From assembly GCA_965237955.1 (NCBI GenBank), contig OZ250169.1:6368001-6432000 (forward strand): a stretch of 64,000 bases of DNA, given 5' to 3'. The stretch comes from Candidatus Marinacidobacterales bacterium (lineage in GTDB: Bacteria > Acidobacteriota > Vicinamibacteria > Marinacidobacterales > SMYC01). The notes under the pieces are model-generated. The model was not told where the DNA came from, did not search any database, and saw only the letters and a program-made list of their open reading frames with translations. Shown piece after piece: positions 20,587 through 31,634 of this stretch. A program made the translations under genes and the position numbers. Every line of letters begins with the position of its first letter. Position 1 is the first letter of the stretch.

Positions 20587-21934
20587 TCATGCAGATTTCC
20601 GAGCAGGTTTTCGACGAGGCCCTGTTCTGGTGACACTCCGGACAGCAGGGCCAGCGCGTGAAGAGTCGCAGCGACGACAACTCGCTGCTTGATTTGCCGC
20701 GCTCCTGACCCACTGCGCGGTTTTGCGCTGCTCGGAGAGCCGCTCAAGCACATTCTCCTCTCGGCCGAAGTACACCTCGTCCGGCGTGCGAGCGCCGAGA
20801 ACGGCGCGCGGTATCTTTTCATTGTGCTCACGGACGTAGAACGCGACGAGACGCCGCACGGCCACCGTGCTGTCGAGCGTGTTTAGGAAAAGCCAACCAT
20901 GCTTCAATTGTCGCCAGAACGCCTCGATCAATGAGTTCGAGGAGATGATGTCGATCTGCGCGAGCACACGACTCAGAGAACCAGAATCCTCTAGAAGCTG
21001 GTCGACCTCGCCAAAGTTCTCCGAACCGCCGTCGGTGACAACAAGTACGTTAGCGTTTGCGGCGGTGCGGGGGAGGTCGCCTGACGCCTCGATGAGCAGC
21101 TCCCGCGTGGTCGCCGAGCTCAGGGTGTCGCTCACCCGCCAGGCGAGAATCCTTCGGCTGAAATTGTGGATGACCGCCTGGAGGTAGATTCGGACGCCGG
21201 TCGTCAGCCGGATCACTGTTGTGTCAATTTGCCAATACTCGTTTGGGCGCGTTGCTCTGAGGCCTTCTTTGGGCTTGGCGGGATGCACCCGCCTTCGGGG
21301 ACGCCTCCACCCGCGCTCGTGGATCAACTTGTACCAGGTGCTTGCAGACGCGAAGAGCTTGCCAAGACGCTGCGCGTAAAGCGCTAGATTCTGGACCGCG
21401 ATGTCGCGATACGTCTCGGACTCGACGAAATCCCTCATCGTCGAGACTTCGTCACGCGTGAGCTGGCTAGGGAAGGACTTCGGACAGCTCGGCTGGTCGT
21501 AGAGCCCGCAGCCTTCCTCCTTGCGCCTCCACGCGTGATAGCGCGCGGACGAGATACCGACAATCCTGAGGACGGTGTCCAGGACGAGCAGCTTGGACCC
21601 CGAGGCAACCGCACGGAGAATCGCCGATTTGCTTGCCCCATCAGGAACGCGATCGCCGTCGAGTTTGCCTCCGCGGACGTTCAGCAGCCTCACCAGCAAT
21701 CCGATGATCGCCGCCTGCTGCTTGGCGCGCTGTCGTAGGCGGTCGATGTGGAGTTGGAGGTCTACGAGCTGTTGGAGCAGGTCGACCAAACGGACGCACC
21801 TCGCCGCGCGCCCACCTGCGTCGCGTGGATGCCGGTATCGGGACGTTCCGGAACAGATACGCGTTACCCGTCGCGGCGATGGCATCGCGCAGCCTATGGT
21901 CGTAGCTCCGGCGCACTCGCTGGGTTCTATTCAT
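20587..21934 (-). pseudogene. Integrase-core (rve) DDE transposase, frameshifted near 5' end
   Basis: WQIDTT, VVTDGGSEN, SNSLIEAFWRQLKH; start MNRTQRVRRSYDHRLR is in another frame. Confidence 0.8.
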
Positions 21935-22150
21935 ACCCAAGAATGACAGGGAGCTATTCCCATGGCCAGCCGGCCGATAATGGCTGTCTGCAAAGGATCT
22001 TGTCGAACGTTCGCTCTCCATCCTCCACAATGATCGTGCGAGGAGCACGGCTTTGTCGGGCACCGAAGCGTTATCGCCGAGGTAATCGGCATTGTCACGA
22101 CGAGCGACAGCGGGGCAGATCAGTGTAGCGGCAGCGGATCAGCCGGAGCC

Positions 22151-22180
22151 TCCTAACAACCGCATGCAACGGACGGTCGC
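22151..22180 (+). other. attC left half-site
   Basis: TCCTAACAACCGCATGCAACGGACG resembles the left arm of attC5; no right arm found. Confidence 0.5.
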
Positions 22181-22271
22181 CGAGTCATGCTATTTTCCTG
22201 TGTTGGCGGGTAGGTGTGCTACCCTCCCACTCTCGAGCTACATCCACACGATGCGCGAAGGGAGGACCGCC

Positions 22272-24335
22272 ATGTTGAAGCGTTCGCTGATTGTAGCCTC
22301 TCTCGCCCTCTGCCTCGTGAGCCAAGCTACCGCCCAAACGAGCGGCAACCGGTTGACGCTTGAAGGGTACCTCGATTACGAGACCGTCGACGACCCCAGA
22401 CTGTCTCCCGACGGAAGCCGCGTCGTCTACACGCGCCAGTGGTTCGACAAGCTGGCCGATCGGCAGCAATCGTCCGTCTGGATCGTGAACGCCGACGGCA
22501 CCCGCAATCGCTTTCTGATCGATGGCTCGAATGCTCGTTGGTCTCCCTCGGGCGACCGGTTGGCATTCGTCGCGCCTGGCGAGCCCAAGGGGCCACAAGT
22601 ATTCGTACGCTGGATGGATGCAGAAGGGTCCGTCACTCAAATCACCCGCGTCGACCAATCCCCTTCCAACGTCGCATGGTCTCCGGACGGCACCAAGATA
22701 GCTTTCACCATGTTGGTAGAAAAGAAGAACGAGTGGCCCATCGATCTGCCGAAGCCGCCCCAAGGAGCCAAGTGGACCGAGTCCCCCAAGATCATCGAGC
22801 GGCTCGAATACCGCCGGGATGGTATCGGCTATATCGATACAGGGTACCTTCACATCTTTGTCGTTGCCGCGGAAGGCGGCACACCGCGGCAGATCACTTC
22901 GGGCGACTACGACCACCCCGGGAGAGACCCTACTGCGAACAACAATCTGGCCTGGACGCCGGATAGCAAACAGATCCTCTTCAGCGGGCTCCGTGCCCAA
23001 GATGCCGACTATCAATGGCGGGAGTCCGAGATCTACGCGGTCGATGTCGCCACGAGCGAGGTGCATCGCCTCACCGATCGCAAAGGCCAAGATCAGACAC
23101 CGAGAGTCTCGCCCGATGGAACGAAAGTCGCCTACAGGGGTTACGACTGGCACCGCGACTTTTATATGCACAAGATCTACGTCATGGACATCGACGGCCG
23201 GAATCCTCGACTGGTCTCCGGCGATTGGGACCGTCGCTCGAAAGCCCTTTTCTGGGGAAGCGACAGCGACAGGCTCTACTTTACGGCCGAGAACGAAGGC
23301 AGCCGCAACCTTTACGCCCTTCCTCTGACCGGACCTAAGGCCAACAAAGTGGTGCCGGTGACGGAAGGTAACCATTGGGTCACGGTGTCCGAGATCAGTC
23401 CCAAAGGCCAGGCCGTTGCGGTTCGGACCGATTTCCATCGGCCGCAGGACGTCGTTCTCTTCGACGTTGCCCGAGCCGGAGCGATGAAGCAGCTGACGCA
23501 CGTCAACGACGATATCCTCGAAGGCATCGATCTCGGGGAAGTGGAGGAGATCTGGTACGAAGCGCCGGACGGTGTTCGCGTCCAAGGCTGGTATATGACA
23601 CCGCCGGATTTCGATGCGACGAAGACCTATTCCATGCAGCTTCACATCCACGGTGGCCCTCACGCCATGTACGGAGCACAGTTCAAATACAGCTGGCACG
23701 AGCACGCGGCCAACGATTACGTCATCCTGTTTACCAACCCCCGAGGCAGCAGCGGTTATGGCAGCAAGTTTGGAAACTTGATCGCCGACGCCTACCCCGG
23801 CCCGGACTATCAGGATTTGATGGCCGGCGTCGACACGATGCTGGAAAAGGGCTTCGTCGACGAGCAGAATCTCTTCGTCACCGGCTGCAGCGGAGGGGGC
23901 ATCCTCACGGCATGGGTCGTTACCCAGACGGATCGATTCGCTGCAGCCTCTTCCAACTGCACCATCGTGGATTGGGTGAGCCTGCTGGGCACCACGGACA
24001 TCACCTGGGCCTTCTATCACTTATTCCTCAAGCTTCCCTGGGAAGACCCGACATTGTGGTTGAAGCACTCCCCCATCAATCACGTGGAGAACGTGAAGAC
24101 ACCGACGATGCTCATCACCGGAGAGGAAGACCTGAGAACGCCGGTCACCCAAGCTGAGCAGTTCTATCGGGCCTTGAAGTTCTTGAAAGTCCCGACAGCG
24201 CTTCTGCGCTACAAAGACCAGGCTCACGGAACCGGGAGCCGTCCTTCCAACTTCATGAGGACTCAGCTCTATTTGCGCTACTGGTTCGACAAATACAAAC
24301 GCCCATCGGGGCGGGCAACGGACCATCAGGAGTAG
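22272..24335 (+). CDS. Secreted S9-family peptidase with PD40 beta-propeller
   Basis: GGAGGA RBS, signal peptide, HGGP, NPRGSSGYG, GCSGGG nucleophile, EEDLRT, DQAHG. Confidence 0.95.
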   Translation: MLKRSLIVASLALCLVSQATAQTSGNRLTLEGYLDYETVDDPRLSPDGSRVVYTRQWFDKLADRQQSSVWIVNADGTRNRFLIDGSNARWSPSGDRLAFVAPGEPKGPQVFVRWMDAEGSVTQITRVDQSPSNVAWSPDGTKIAFTMLVEKKNEWPIDLPKPPQGAKWTESPKIIERLEYRRDGIGYIDTGYLHIFVVAAEGGTPRQITSGDYDHPGRDPTANNNLAWTPDSKQILFSGLRAQDADYQWRESEIYAVDVATSEVHRLTDRKGQDQTPRVSPDGTKVAYRGYDWHRDFYMHKIYVMDIDGRNPRLVSGDWDRRSKALFWGSDSDRLYFTAENEGSRNLYALPLTGPKANKVVPVTEGNHWVTVSEISPKGQAVAVRTDFHRPQDVVLFDVARAGAMKQLTHVNDDILEGIDLGEVEEIWYEAPDGVRVQGWYMTPPDFDATKTYSMQLHIHGGPHAMYGAQFKYSWHEHAANDYVILFTNPRGSSGYGSKFGNLIADAYPGPDYQDLMAGVDTMLEKGFVDEQNLFVTGCSGGGILTAWVVTQTDRFAAASSNCTIVDWVSLLGTTDITWAFYHLFLKLPWEDPTLWLKHSPINHVENVKTPTMLITGEEDLRTPVTQAEQFYRALKFLKVPTALLRYKDQAHGTGSRPSNFMRTQLYLRYWFDKYKRPSGRATDHQE

Positions 24336-24467
24336 GATCACTGCCGCGCCTTCGCCTCCCGCGTGACCCGGATTTGCCTCCCACCCCCCCGGTGGCGAGC
24401 GAGGCGACCTCCAAGTTTTCTCTTTTCCTTTTGGCGTCAATGGGTTGCCGTGCTACTCAAACAGACC

Positions 24468-24798
24468 TTATGGAGATGCACGAGCAGGTTTTCGACGAGC
24501 TCGGGTTCTAGCGGACTTCCGCGCCGCGGTTCGTGTACCTGAAGATTGGCAGCGCTGACAACTCGCTGCTCGATTCACCGCGTTCCTGGCCCGCTGCGCT
24601 TTCTTGCGTTGCTCGGAGAGGCGCTCTAACAGGTTCTCCTCGCGGCCGAAGTAGACCTCGTCCGGCGTACGACCTCCGAGAACGGCGCGCGGGATCTTTT
24701 CATTGTGCTCGCGGACGTAGAACGCGACGAGACGCCTCACGGCCACCGTACTGTCGAGGATGTTCAGGAACAGCCACGCGTGCTTCAATTGTCGCCAA
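24468..24798 (-). pseudogene. 3' fragment of rve transposase related to 20587-21934
   Basis: WRQLKHAWLFLNILDSTVAVRRLVAFYVREHNE nearly identical to the longer copy. Confidence 0.8.
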
Positions 24799-24868
24799 AT
24801 CGTTCCTGCGATGTCTGATGCGTCTTCCACAGAGAGCTCGAAGACACCCATTGCTCTACTCCCTGTCT

Positions 24869-24990
24869 GCAGAACACCGGGATGAGCGGCGGCACGGCGA
24901 AGGTGTCGACCGAGACCGCCAACGTTATCTACCCAGTGTCTCATGTCTGCCCGAAGGCTCGGTGCCGTCCGCTCAATCGCGTTGTTATGT
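24869..24990 (-). other. attC site (minus strand)
   Basis: Minus: ACATAAC...TTGAGCGGACGGCAC / GTGCCGCCGCTCA...GTTCTGC. Confidence 0.8.
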
Positions 24991-25659
24991 GTCCATTCCG
25001 TCGTCCCGGAGGAATCGATGCCCTTGCACCCGCTCAGAATGTAAAGACTAAATAGTGACAGGAAAGATAGTCAGGATACTCAATCCTTTGGCTCTCCGCT
25101 GCTTCGAGGACCCCGAGTCGTCCATCCGAACGCGAGAAAAGGCGCACATTGTTGTTGTTTGGGTATCCCGAACTCCTTGCCTGTAAAGAGCGCGAACTCA
25201 TAAGTGGTCCTATCGTCCCACTCGCGGAGTAGATTTCCCAGACTTCGACTAAAGACTCGCGCCTCCCCATCTGCTATCTGTCCACGCAACCACCTTTGAT
25301 AAGTCGCGTCAGCTTGTTCCCGAAGGCGCTTGAACGCGAGGTAATCTGACTCATCTTCACGACTCGCCCAATAAACATCCTCCGCTACCCGATTTGCAAA
25401 AACTCATCGTGATGCCTAGCCACAACATGATCAAACGAAGGGCGACCGCAAGTACGGCGATATGGTTTCTGAGCAGCGCTGGACCGACACGGCACATATC
25501 GCGTGCATCACAAGAGAGAAACGCAGACCAGAGCCGTACCGTCCCGATGACAGGCTCACCCCGCAGTTTGTCGCGGCGAGATTGCGGTAGTCCCGTCAAC
25601 TCAATCCTGAATTGCCAACCACGGCTTTCGGGGCAGTTCCTGCCGCTTCAACAAAGTAC

Positions 25660-25690
25660 ACATAACGTACCGATGAGCTGCCGCCGGGCT
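25660..25690 (-). other. attC right half-site (minus strand), left arm lost at IS5 boundary
   Basis: Minus: GCCCGGCGGCAGCTCATCGGTACGTTATGTG; GTTATGTG complements CACATAAC of the attC ending at 24990. Confidence 0.7.
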
Positions 25691-25717
25691 TCTACCTAGG
25701 AAATTCCAGGAAGTCGG

Positions 25718-26804
25718 TGCCTTGGTGCACAACTCGCGATCTCGGTCCACAATTGTCCTTTACTCACGGATTCGAGGTTCCCCATGAGCATTTTCAAACG
25801 CACTCAGCGGAAGTATGTGAAGAAGGCCTATCGCGTGAGGAATTGGCGTGAATATGAGGCGGGTCTACGCAACCGTGGGAGCCTGACCGTCTGGATCTCG
25901 CTCACCGTCGGCAAGCTTGTGAACTGGGACGCGCCCCGGCCGAGGAGGAGGAAACCGGGCCGTCAACGCAAGTACTCGAACCACGCCATCGAGACGGCTG
26001 TCACCCTGGGCATGGTGTTTCATCTGTCATCTAGGCAGAGCGAGGGATTGCTGCGATCGTTGTTCGCTCTGATGAAGCTAGACAATGATGTGCCCGATCA
26101 CACCACGATCTCGAGGCGCAAGGCGAAGCTGGGTAAGGTCCCCTTCTACCAAGACAAGCAGAAGACGCCGTTGCACATCTTGATCGACAGCAGCGGTCTC
26201 GCTGTCCACGCCGGCCAGCTGCGCAGAGCACCAAAGAGCAGGGACTATCGCAAGCTCCATCTGTGTGTCGACGAGCAGAGTGGCGAAGTCGTCGCCGGCG
26301 AGCTGACGAGCAAAAGAGCCCGCGATTCATCGCGGGTTGCATCGCTTGTCGGACAGATCGACAGTCCCATCTCATCGGCCAGAGCTGACACCGCATACGA
26401 CGCCGGCGGCGTCTATGAGGCGATCGAGAATCACAGCGCTCATTGCTCGCCGAGGGTGCTGATACCGCCGCGCAAGGGCGCCCAGCTCGCATCGGGGCCG
26501 GCGAGCAGCCGACAGCGCAATCGCAACATTGCAGCACAAGATCGGCTCGGCAAACGAAAGTGGCACACAGAATCGGGCTACAGCAAACGGAGCAAAGTCG
26601 AGACAACGTTCCATCGCTACAAGGCTATCGTGGGCTCAGCGATGCGAGCGAGAGGGTTGGCGGCACAGAGAGTCGAGGCAAGGATCGGGTGCAAGATTCT
26701 CAACACGATGACGGCGCTCGGGATGCCTGATAGCGAGATGATCGGATGATGGGAGTCGGGGCCAAGCGAGCTCTCGGCCTCTATCGGAGTTGTGCACCAA
26801 GGCA
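25718..26804 (+). mobile_element. IS5-family element type B, copy 1
   Basis: Perfect IRs TGCCTTGGTGCACAACTC. Confidence 0.93.
25784..26749 (+). CDS. IS5 (IS903-like) transposase
   Basis: NWREYEAGLRNRGSLTVW, PDHTTISRR, LIDSSG, ADTAYD, RSKVET. Confidence 0.95.
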   Translation: MSIFKRTQRKYVKKAYRVRNWREYEAGLRNRGSLTVWISLTVGKLVNWDAPRPRRRKPGRQRKYSNHAIETAVTLGMVFHLSSRQSEGLLRSLFALMKLDNDVPDHTTISRRKAKLGKVPFYQDKQKTPLHILIDSSGLAVHAGQLRRAPKSRDYRKLHLCVDEQSGEVVAGELTSKRARDSSRVASLVGQIDSPISSARADTAYDAGGVYEAIENHSAHCSPRVLIPPRKGAQLASGPASSRQRNRNIAAQDRLGKRKWHTESGYSKRSKVETTFHRYKAIVGSAMRARGLAAQRVEARIGCKILNTMTALGMPDSEMIG

Positions 26805-26926
26805 GCATGTCGGCGTGGATGACGACGGCTTCATCGTGGCGGCGAAGCTCACGAAGAGCAGCGAAGACGATCCGTCAGCGATACCTCGCGATCTTCATCA
26901 GGGACGGCGAGCTAAAGTCATAGCCG

Positions 26927-27799
26927 TCACTTCTTATGGCCGTAGCTGTTCGAATTTACTAGCCGGTCGAAGTACTGATACGCGGCTAGAGCGATCTCCG
27001 AGATGGCGAGCTCGGCCTCCGCGCCGTCCAGTAGCCAGTTCGCCATGGCAGCCACGATGAACGGCCGTTCTTCCAGATAGACAATCCCTACGTCGACGAC
27101 CACCCCCGACACGGTCCCGGTCTTGTGCGCCACGCGTGTGCCCGGCGGCAGTAGCGAACGGATGCGGCTCGATTTCGGGATCGTGAGGATGTGAAGGATT
27201 TCATTGCGCGACGCCAAGCTCAGCACGTCGCCTCGATAAATCAGCTCGAGGAGCTGCGCTTGCTCGTTCGGCGTCGAGAGATTCTCCCGATCCGCGATCC
27301 AGGCCTCGGTGTCCATCATCTTCCGCTGGAGCTTCGTGTGCGATAGCCCGAGCCCCGACATGGTGGCGTTGACGTTGTCCATACCGACCCGATCGATGAT
27401 CATGTTGGTGGCGGTGTTGTCGCTCACGGTAACCATGAGCGTCGCCACATCGCCGAGCGTCATGCGCACGCTCCCCGGGGTGAGCTGCTGGAGCACTCCA
27501 CTCCCCGGGACGATGTCGTCGGGCCGGAGCGTTACCACCTCGTTGAGGCTGTAGCGTCCCTCTTCCACCTGGCGAAAGAGCTCCACGAGAACCGGCAGTT
27601 TGATAGCACTCGCCTGCGTGAACACGATGTCGCCGTTCACGGAAAAGCTCTCATCGGTCTTGAGGTCCGTTATCGTGACGCCGACGACCCCGTCCACGCC
27701 GTCGGATAGAGCCTGAACTCTGTGCTCGAATCGAGCGCGGAGAATCTCCTGCGGGGTTTCGACCGGCAACACGGCAAGCACGAACATCCATAGGTTCAT
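26927..27799 (-). CDS. Class A beta-lactamase-like serine hydrolase
   Basis: SAIK (SxxK), SDN and KTG motifs; signal-like N-terminus. Confidence 0.9.
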   Translation of the reverse strand: MNLWMFVLAVLPVETPQEILRARFEHRVQALSDGVDGVVGVTITDLKTDESFSVNGDIVFTQASAIKLPVLVELFRQVEEGRYSLNEVVTLRPDDIVPGSGVLQQLTPGSVRMTLGDVATLMVTVSDNTATNMIIDRVGMDNVNATMSGLGLSHTKLQRKMMDTEAWIADRENLSTPNEQAQLLELIYRGDVLSLASRNEILHILTIPKSSRIRSLLPPGTRVAHKTGTVSGVVVDVGIVYLEERPFIVAAMANWLLDGAEAELAISEIALAAYQYFDRLVNSNSYGHKK

Positions 27800-28040
27800 A
27801 GGCACGATTCTGCTCCATGCGCTTTCGCCTCGCAACCTTCAACGCATAGGCTGCACAGATTGTCAGGAGGCTCCCAATGAGAAGAATTGCAATGGCTTTT
27901 TGCGATGGCAAGCGTCGCTGGCGCCCAGGATCGCCTCGAAGATCTGGGTGCTTGCGTCATCAAAGTGTTGGTGATATGACGCCAGTTGAAACGTTCCCCT
28001 TGCGCTGCAATCCTCTAAGGAGTGTCCCTTAGTCGAGCTG

Positions 28041-29342
28041 TCAGCCATGCTTCCTGCTCCAGAAGTTCATCGTCAAATACACCACACTCAACAGTGCAAG
28101 AAAAATCAACATCGCACTGAGCTCGTTAGGTGGCAAGTGCGACAAGAACCACAGAATTGCGAGCACGGACGTAGCCGGTATGAAATACCCGCCAGGCATT
28201 TTGTACGCTCCCGCCATATCCTGTTTGGCTATCCTGTATTTGATGACCGCTAGAATGACCCCCAGGTAAATCAACAAGAAAGAAGCGCTCGCTAACATCG
28301 CGAGTTGCCTGAACTCCCCGGTGCAGGCAAAAAAGCATGCAAGCACGGCGTAGCTGATGATCGCGATATGTGGAGTTGAATAACGTGGATGGATGTTGGC
28401 GAGACTCTTTGGCAGGATGACCTCGTCTCTTGCTGCTGCGAAAATGATTCTGGGCATATTGAGGGCAAAACCGCTCAGATTGCCAAACATTGAAAAGCAT
28501 GCACCGACAACGACGAGGGTTGCGCCCAACGGCCCGATCATCGTTTTGCCGACTTCGGCGAGCGGGGCATCCTTGAAATTGGGCAAGGTTGCACCAAGCA
28601 CGCCTTGAGCCGTAAGTTGGATAAGTGTGTACAACAGCACGACGCTCAGCGCGCTCAACATGATGCCTTTGGGAATCGTCGTTTGCGGCTTCTTGATTTC
28701 CCCGCTGACGTTCAACGCAATCTCGATTCCCATGAATGCAAAAAGCAAGATCAAAGACGCTTCGCCGAGGTCCGTCAGCGAAGGCGTGGATGTCCAGGAA
28801 AAATTTGAGGGCGAGAACGACAGCCACCCGAAAAGGACGATGAAAAGTAGCGGAGTCAATTTGGCGACGGTGTTGAACTTGACCAGGAACAGGCCTTTCT
28901 TGAGACCTTTGATGTTTAAATACGCGAAACTGGTAAACATTGCGACGAAGAGCAGTACCCGCATCCCCTGAGCTTTGAAAACCGGAAAGAAGTAGGCCAA
29001 GGTGCCAGCCAACGCATTTGCAACAGCAGCGTTGGCCATGATCGCACCGCCAAAGATGAAGATGTTCGTAGTGAGGAAGCCCGCATATTTGCCGAAAGCG
29101 ACTTCGATGTACGCGTAGGCGCCGCCGGTGACAGTGATTCGACTGCCGATTTCGGCGAAGCAGAGCATGATGAGCACTATGAGAACGCCGCATATGACAT
29201 ATGCGAGGACACTGGCGGTTCCCAATCGTTCGGCAACAATTGCTGGTAGGATAAAAATACCCGCACCGACGACGATATTGATGGAATTTGAGACCAGGCC
29301 CCAAACCCCAATTTCTCTTTTTAGGCCGTCGTTTTCACTCAT
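28041..29342 (-). CDS. APC-family amino acid permease
   Basis: VGAGIF, GGAYAY, about 12 hydrophobic segments. Confidence 0.95.
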   Translation of the reverse strand: MSENDGLKREIGVWGLVSNSINIVVGAGIFILPAIVAERLGTASVLAYVICGVLIVLIMLCFAEIGSRITVTGGAYAYIEVAFGKYAGFLTTNIFIFGGAIMANAAVANALAGTLAYFFPVFKAQGMRVLLFVAMFTSFAYLNIKGLKKGLFLVKFNTVAKLTPLLFIVLFGWLSFSPSNFSWTSTPSLTDLGEASLILLFAFMGIEIALNVSGEIKKPQTTIPKGIMLSALSVVLLYTLIQLTAQGVLGATLPNFKDAPLAEVGKTMIGPLGATLVVVGACFSMFGNLSGFALNMPRIIFAAARDEVILPKSLANIHPRYSTPHIAIISYAVLACFFACTGEFRQLAMLASASFLLIYLGVILAVIKYRIAKQDMAGAYKMPGGYFIPATSVLAILWFLSHLPPNELSAMLIFLALLSVVYLTMNFWSRKHG

Positions 29343-30180
29343 CCTAACCTCGAGATCGAGCTGCGTCGCTAAGCGTTCGAAGGTGGGGTGATCCCGTCAC
29401 CTTACTCCTTCGAGCGCGGTTCGATATCCACGCGGGCGATCGCCAGGCCATCAGGTGCATGATGGCAAGCGCGCCTGGGGGCAGGATCATACGTCTCGGA
29501 CGATCGATTCACCACCCGCCGCGGGGAAAGCGATCGCATACTGAATGCCTCGCTTTGACCCCCAACGAGGAGAGTGTGGAAGGACGCTCGCTCCGGCGGT
29601 CTCTTCGTTTTTCACGGTATGATGCCGCTGCCTTATCGGGTAGAAAAGAGGGCTCTATGTTTGGGGCACGAGACGGATTGTTGGGTTGCCTTATCGCCGT
29701 CGCGGTGGGATGCGGCGCTTCCGAAACCGACGAGGCCGAACAACGTCCCACTTCAGTCGTAACGGAAACAATATCGAGGCTGATACATGCCGCTTCGCCG
29801 GACGCGCAGCTGGCCAATATCGATTTGCAGAACATGCTGCAGAAGCAGTAGCAGACCCTACAGATGCTCTCAAATATCTCCAAGATGCTTCACGATACCG
29901 CCATGGGAGTGACCAGGAAGATCGGGTGAAGCGCCCAGAAGCGAAGTATCGCCCCCGACGCTTAGAACGACGGCACAGTAAGGATCGCATTCGGACGACA
30001 TCCCACCGGGTCGAGCCCAAACCTGCTGATACCCTATCAGACGTTCAATGTTATAGTGAACAACCACCGCCTATAAGACTGTGGCTTCAAGGGTTGTCAA
30101 TTGGAAATTGACTGTCGTCACGTTGCTACCCGCCGATCGCAAGGCGCCGAAATCGATTCGGTAGCGCAAAAAGGAGAAAA

Positions 30181-31398
30181 TTGATGAGCTCACTCGACCG
30201 CCGAACTTTCTTGAAGACCACCGCGGCTAGTCTCGCGGTTGTGCCTGCGAGCCGGGCGCTGGCAGCACCCTCCGACGAGGACCCTCTGGGTGTGCGCCAC
30301 GACTTCCCAATCACCGACACGCATACCTACCTCAACACTGCCGGCACCGGACCCTTTCCGATAGCGGTGAGGGATGCCGCCGTCGCTTTCGCGGACGAGA
30401 TCATGCGCACGCCTTTCTCCGCCCGTAGGGGACAGACTCGAGAGGAGGCGCGCGAGCGGTTTGCCGCGCTATTCGGCGCCAAGCCCGAAGAGATCGCCAT
30501 TCTCTACTCCACGAGCGACGGTGAGAACATCGTCGCCAGCGCTCTCGACCTCGGACCCGGCGACAACGTCGTCATCGACGAGCTCCACTTCGTGACGAGC
30601 TTCGTCCTGTACCGAGAACTCGAGAAAGAGAAAGGCATCGAGCTCCGTATCGTGCCTCAGCGAGACGGTCGCTCGGACATGGAGGATTTCGACGCCCGCA
30701 TCGATGGCAAAACGAAGCTCGTGTCGGTGGCGTGGGTCTCGAATCGTAACGGCTTTCGCGAGGACGTGCGAGGCCTGGCGGAGCTGGCGCACCGCAAGGG
30801 CGCTTTCCTCTACGCCGACGGCGTCCAGGCCATCGGACACTTCCCCACCAGGCTCACCGAGGAGGGCGTCGACTTCGTCACCACCAACTCGTACAAGTGG
30901 CTGTTCTCGAGCTACGGCGCCGCGCCTTTCTTCGTCCGTGAGGAGCTCCTCGATCGGATCCGCCCGGACCGCTACGGCCACGGGTCGACCAAGGAGACGC
31001 TCGACAACTACCACTACCGACTGCGAACGACGGCGAGAAAGTACGAGTACGCGGCCCCCGCGTACAACGCCGTCTATCAGCTGAACGCGGGCCTCGGGTA
31101 CTTGAAAGAAGTCGGCCTCCACCGCATCGAAAAGCACACCGTGGCGCTCGCCCAAGAGCTAAGAGACGGGCTTGCGAGTCTCGGATTCGACCCCTGGACG
31201 CCTCCCAAGAACAACTCCCCTATCGTCAGCTTCGCTCACGGACGAGACACTGACGAACTGAAGAAGCTCTTCGAGAAGGAGAGCATCGTCGTCAAATTCC
31301 GCGAGAAGGAGGGTTCGATGATTCGGGCGGCGGTCGCGCTGTTCAACAACCGAGCGGATATTCAGAAGCTGCTGAAGGTGCTGGAGACGGTTGCTTAG
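30181..31398 (+). CDS. Class V PLP-dependent aminotransferase (cysteine desulfurase-like) with Tat signal
   Basis: DRRTFLK; YLNTAG, DGVQ, SYKW. Confidence 0.9.
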   Translation: MMSSLDRRTFLKTTAASLAVVPASRALAAPSDEDPLGVRHDFPITDTHTYLNTAGTGPFPIAVRDAAVAFADEIMRTPFSARRGQTREEARERFAALFGAKPEEIAILYSTSDGENIVASALDLGPGDNVVIDELHFVTSFVLYRELEKEKGIELRIVPQRDGRSDMEDFDARIDGKTKLVSVAWVSNRNGFREDVRGLAELAHRKGAFLYADGVQAIGHFPTRLTEEGVDFVTTNSYKWLFSSYGAAPFFVREELLDRIRPDRYGHGSTKETLDNYHYRLRTTARKYEYAAPAYNAVYQLNAGLGYLKEVGLHRIEKHTVALAQELRDGLASLGFDPWTPPKNNSPIVSFAHGRDTDELKKLFEKESIVVKFREKEGSMIRAAVALFNNRADIQKLLKVLETVA

Positions 31399-31634
31399 TG
31401 CCAACAAAAACCCGCGAAGATATCGGTCGCGTGTCTTGCCGCGTCAACTGGTTGGAGGAGCTCGAGCGACTTGTTCCCACCGGGAACTAAAGAGGCCGAG
31501 AGCTTGCATGACTAAGGTTGCCAAGTTCGACGACGAAAAGAGACGCCGGTAGGAACTTCCTCCTGAAGGGACAGGCGGCGAAAGGGCACAAGCTCTGATT
31601 CGCAGCCCCTATTTCTCGGCTGGTTTCTGGGCGA

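Noticed and set aside
26927-27799. Acquired antibiotic resistance gene
   Set aside because: Has the serine-hydrolase motifs but no clear class A omega-loop ExxLN; activity cannot be inferred.
29459-30111. Intact lipoprotein gene
   Set aside because: Lipobox-like start near 29657, but the frame closes early and no family is recognisable.
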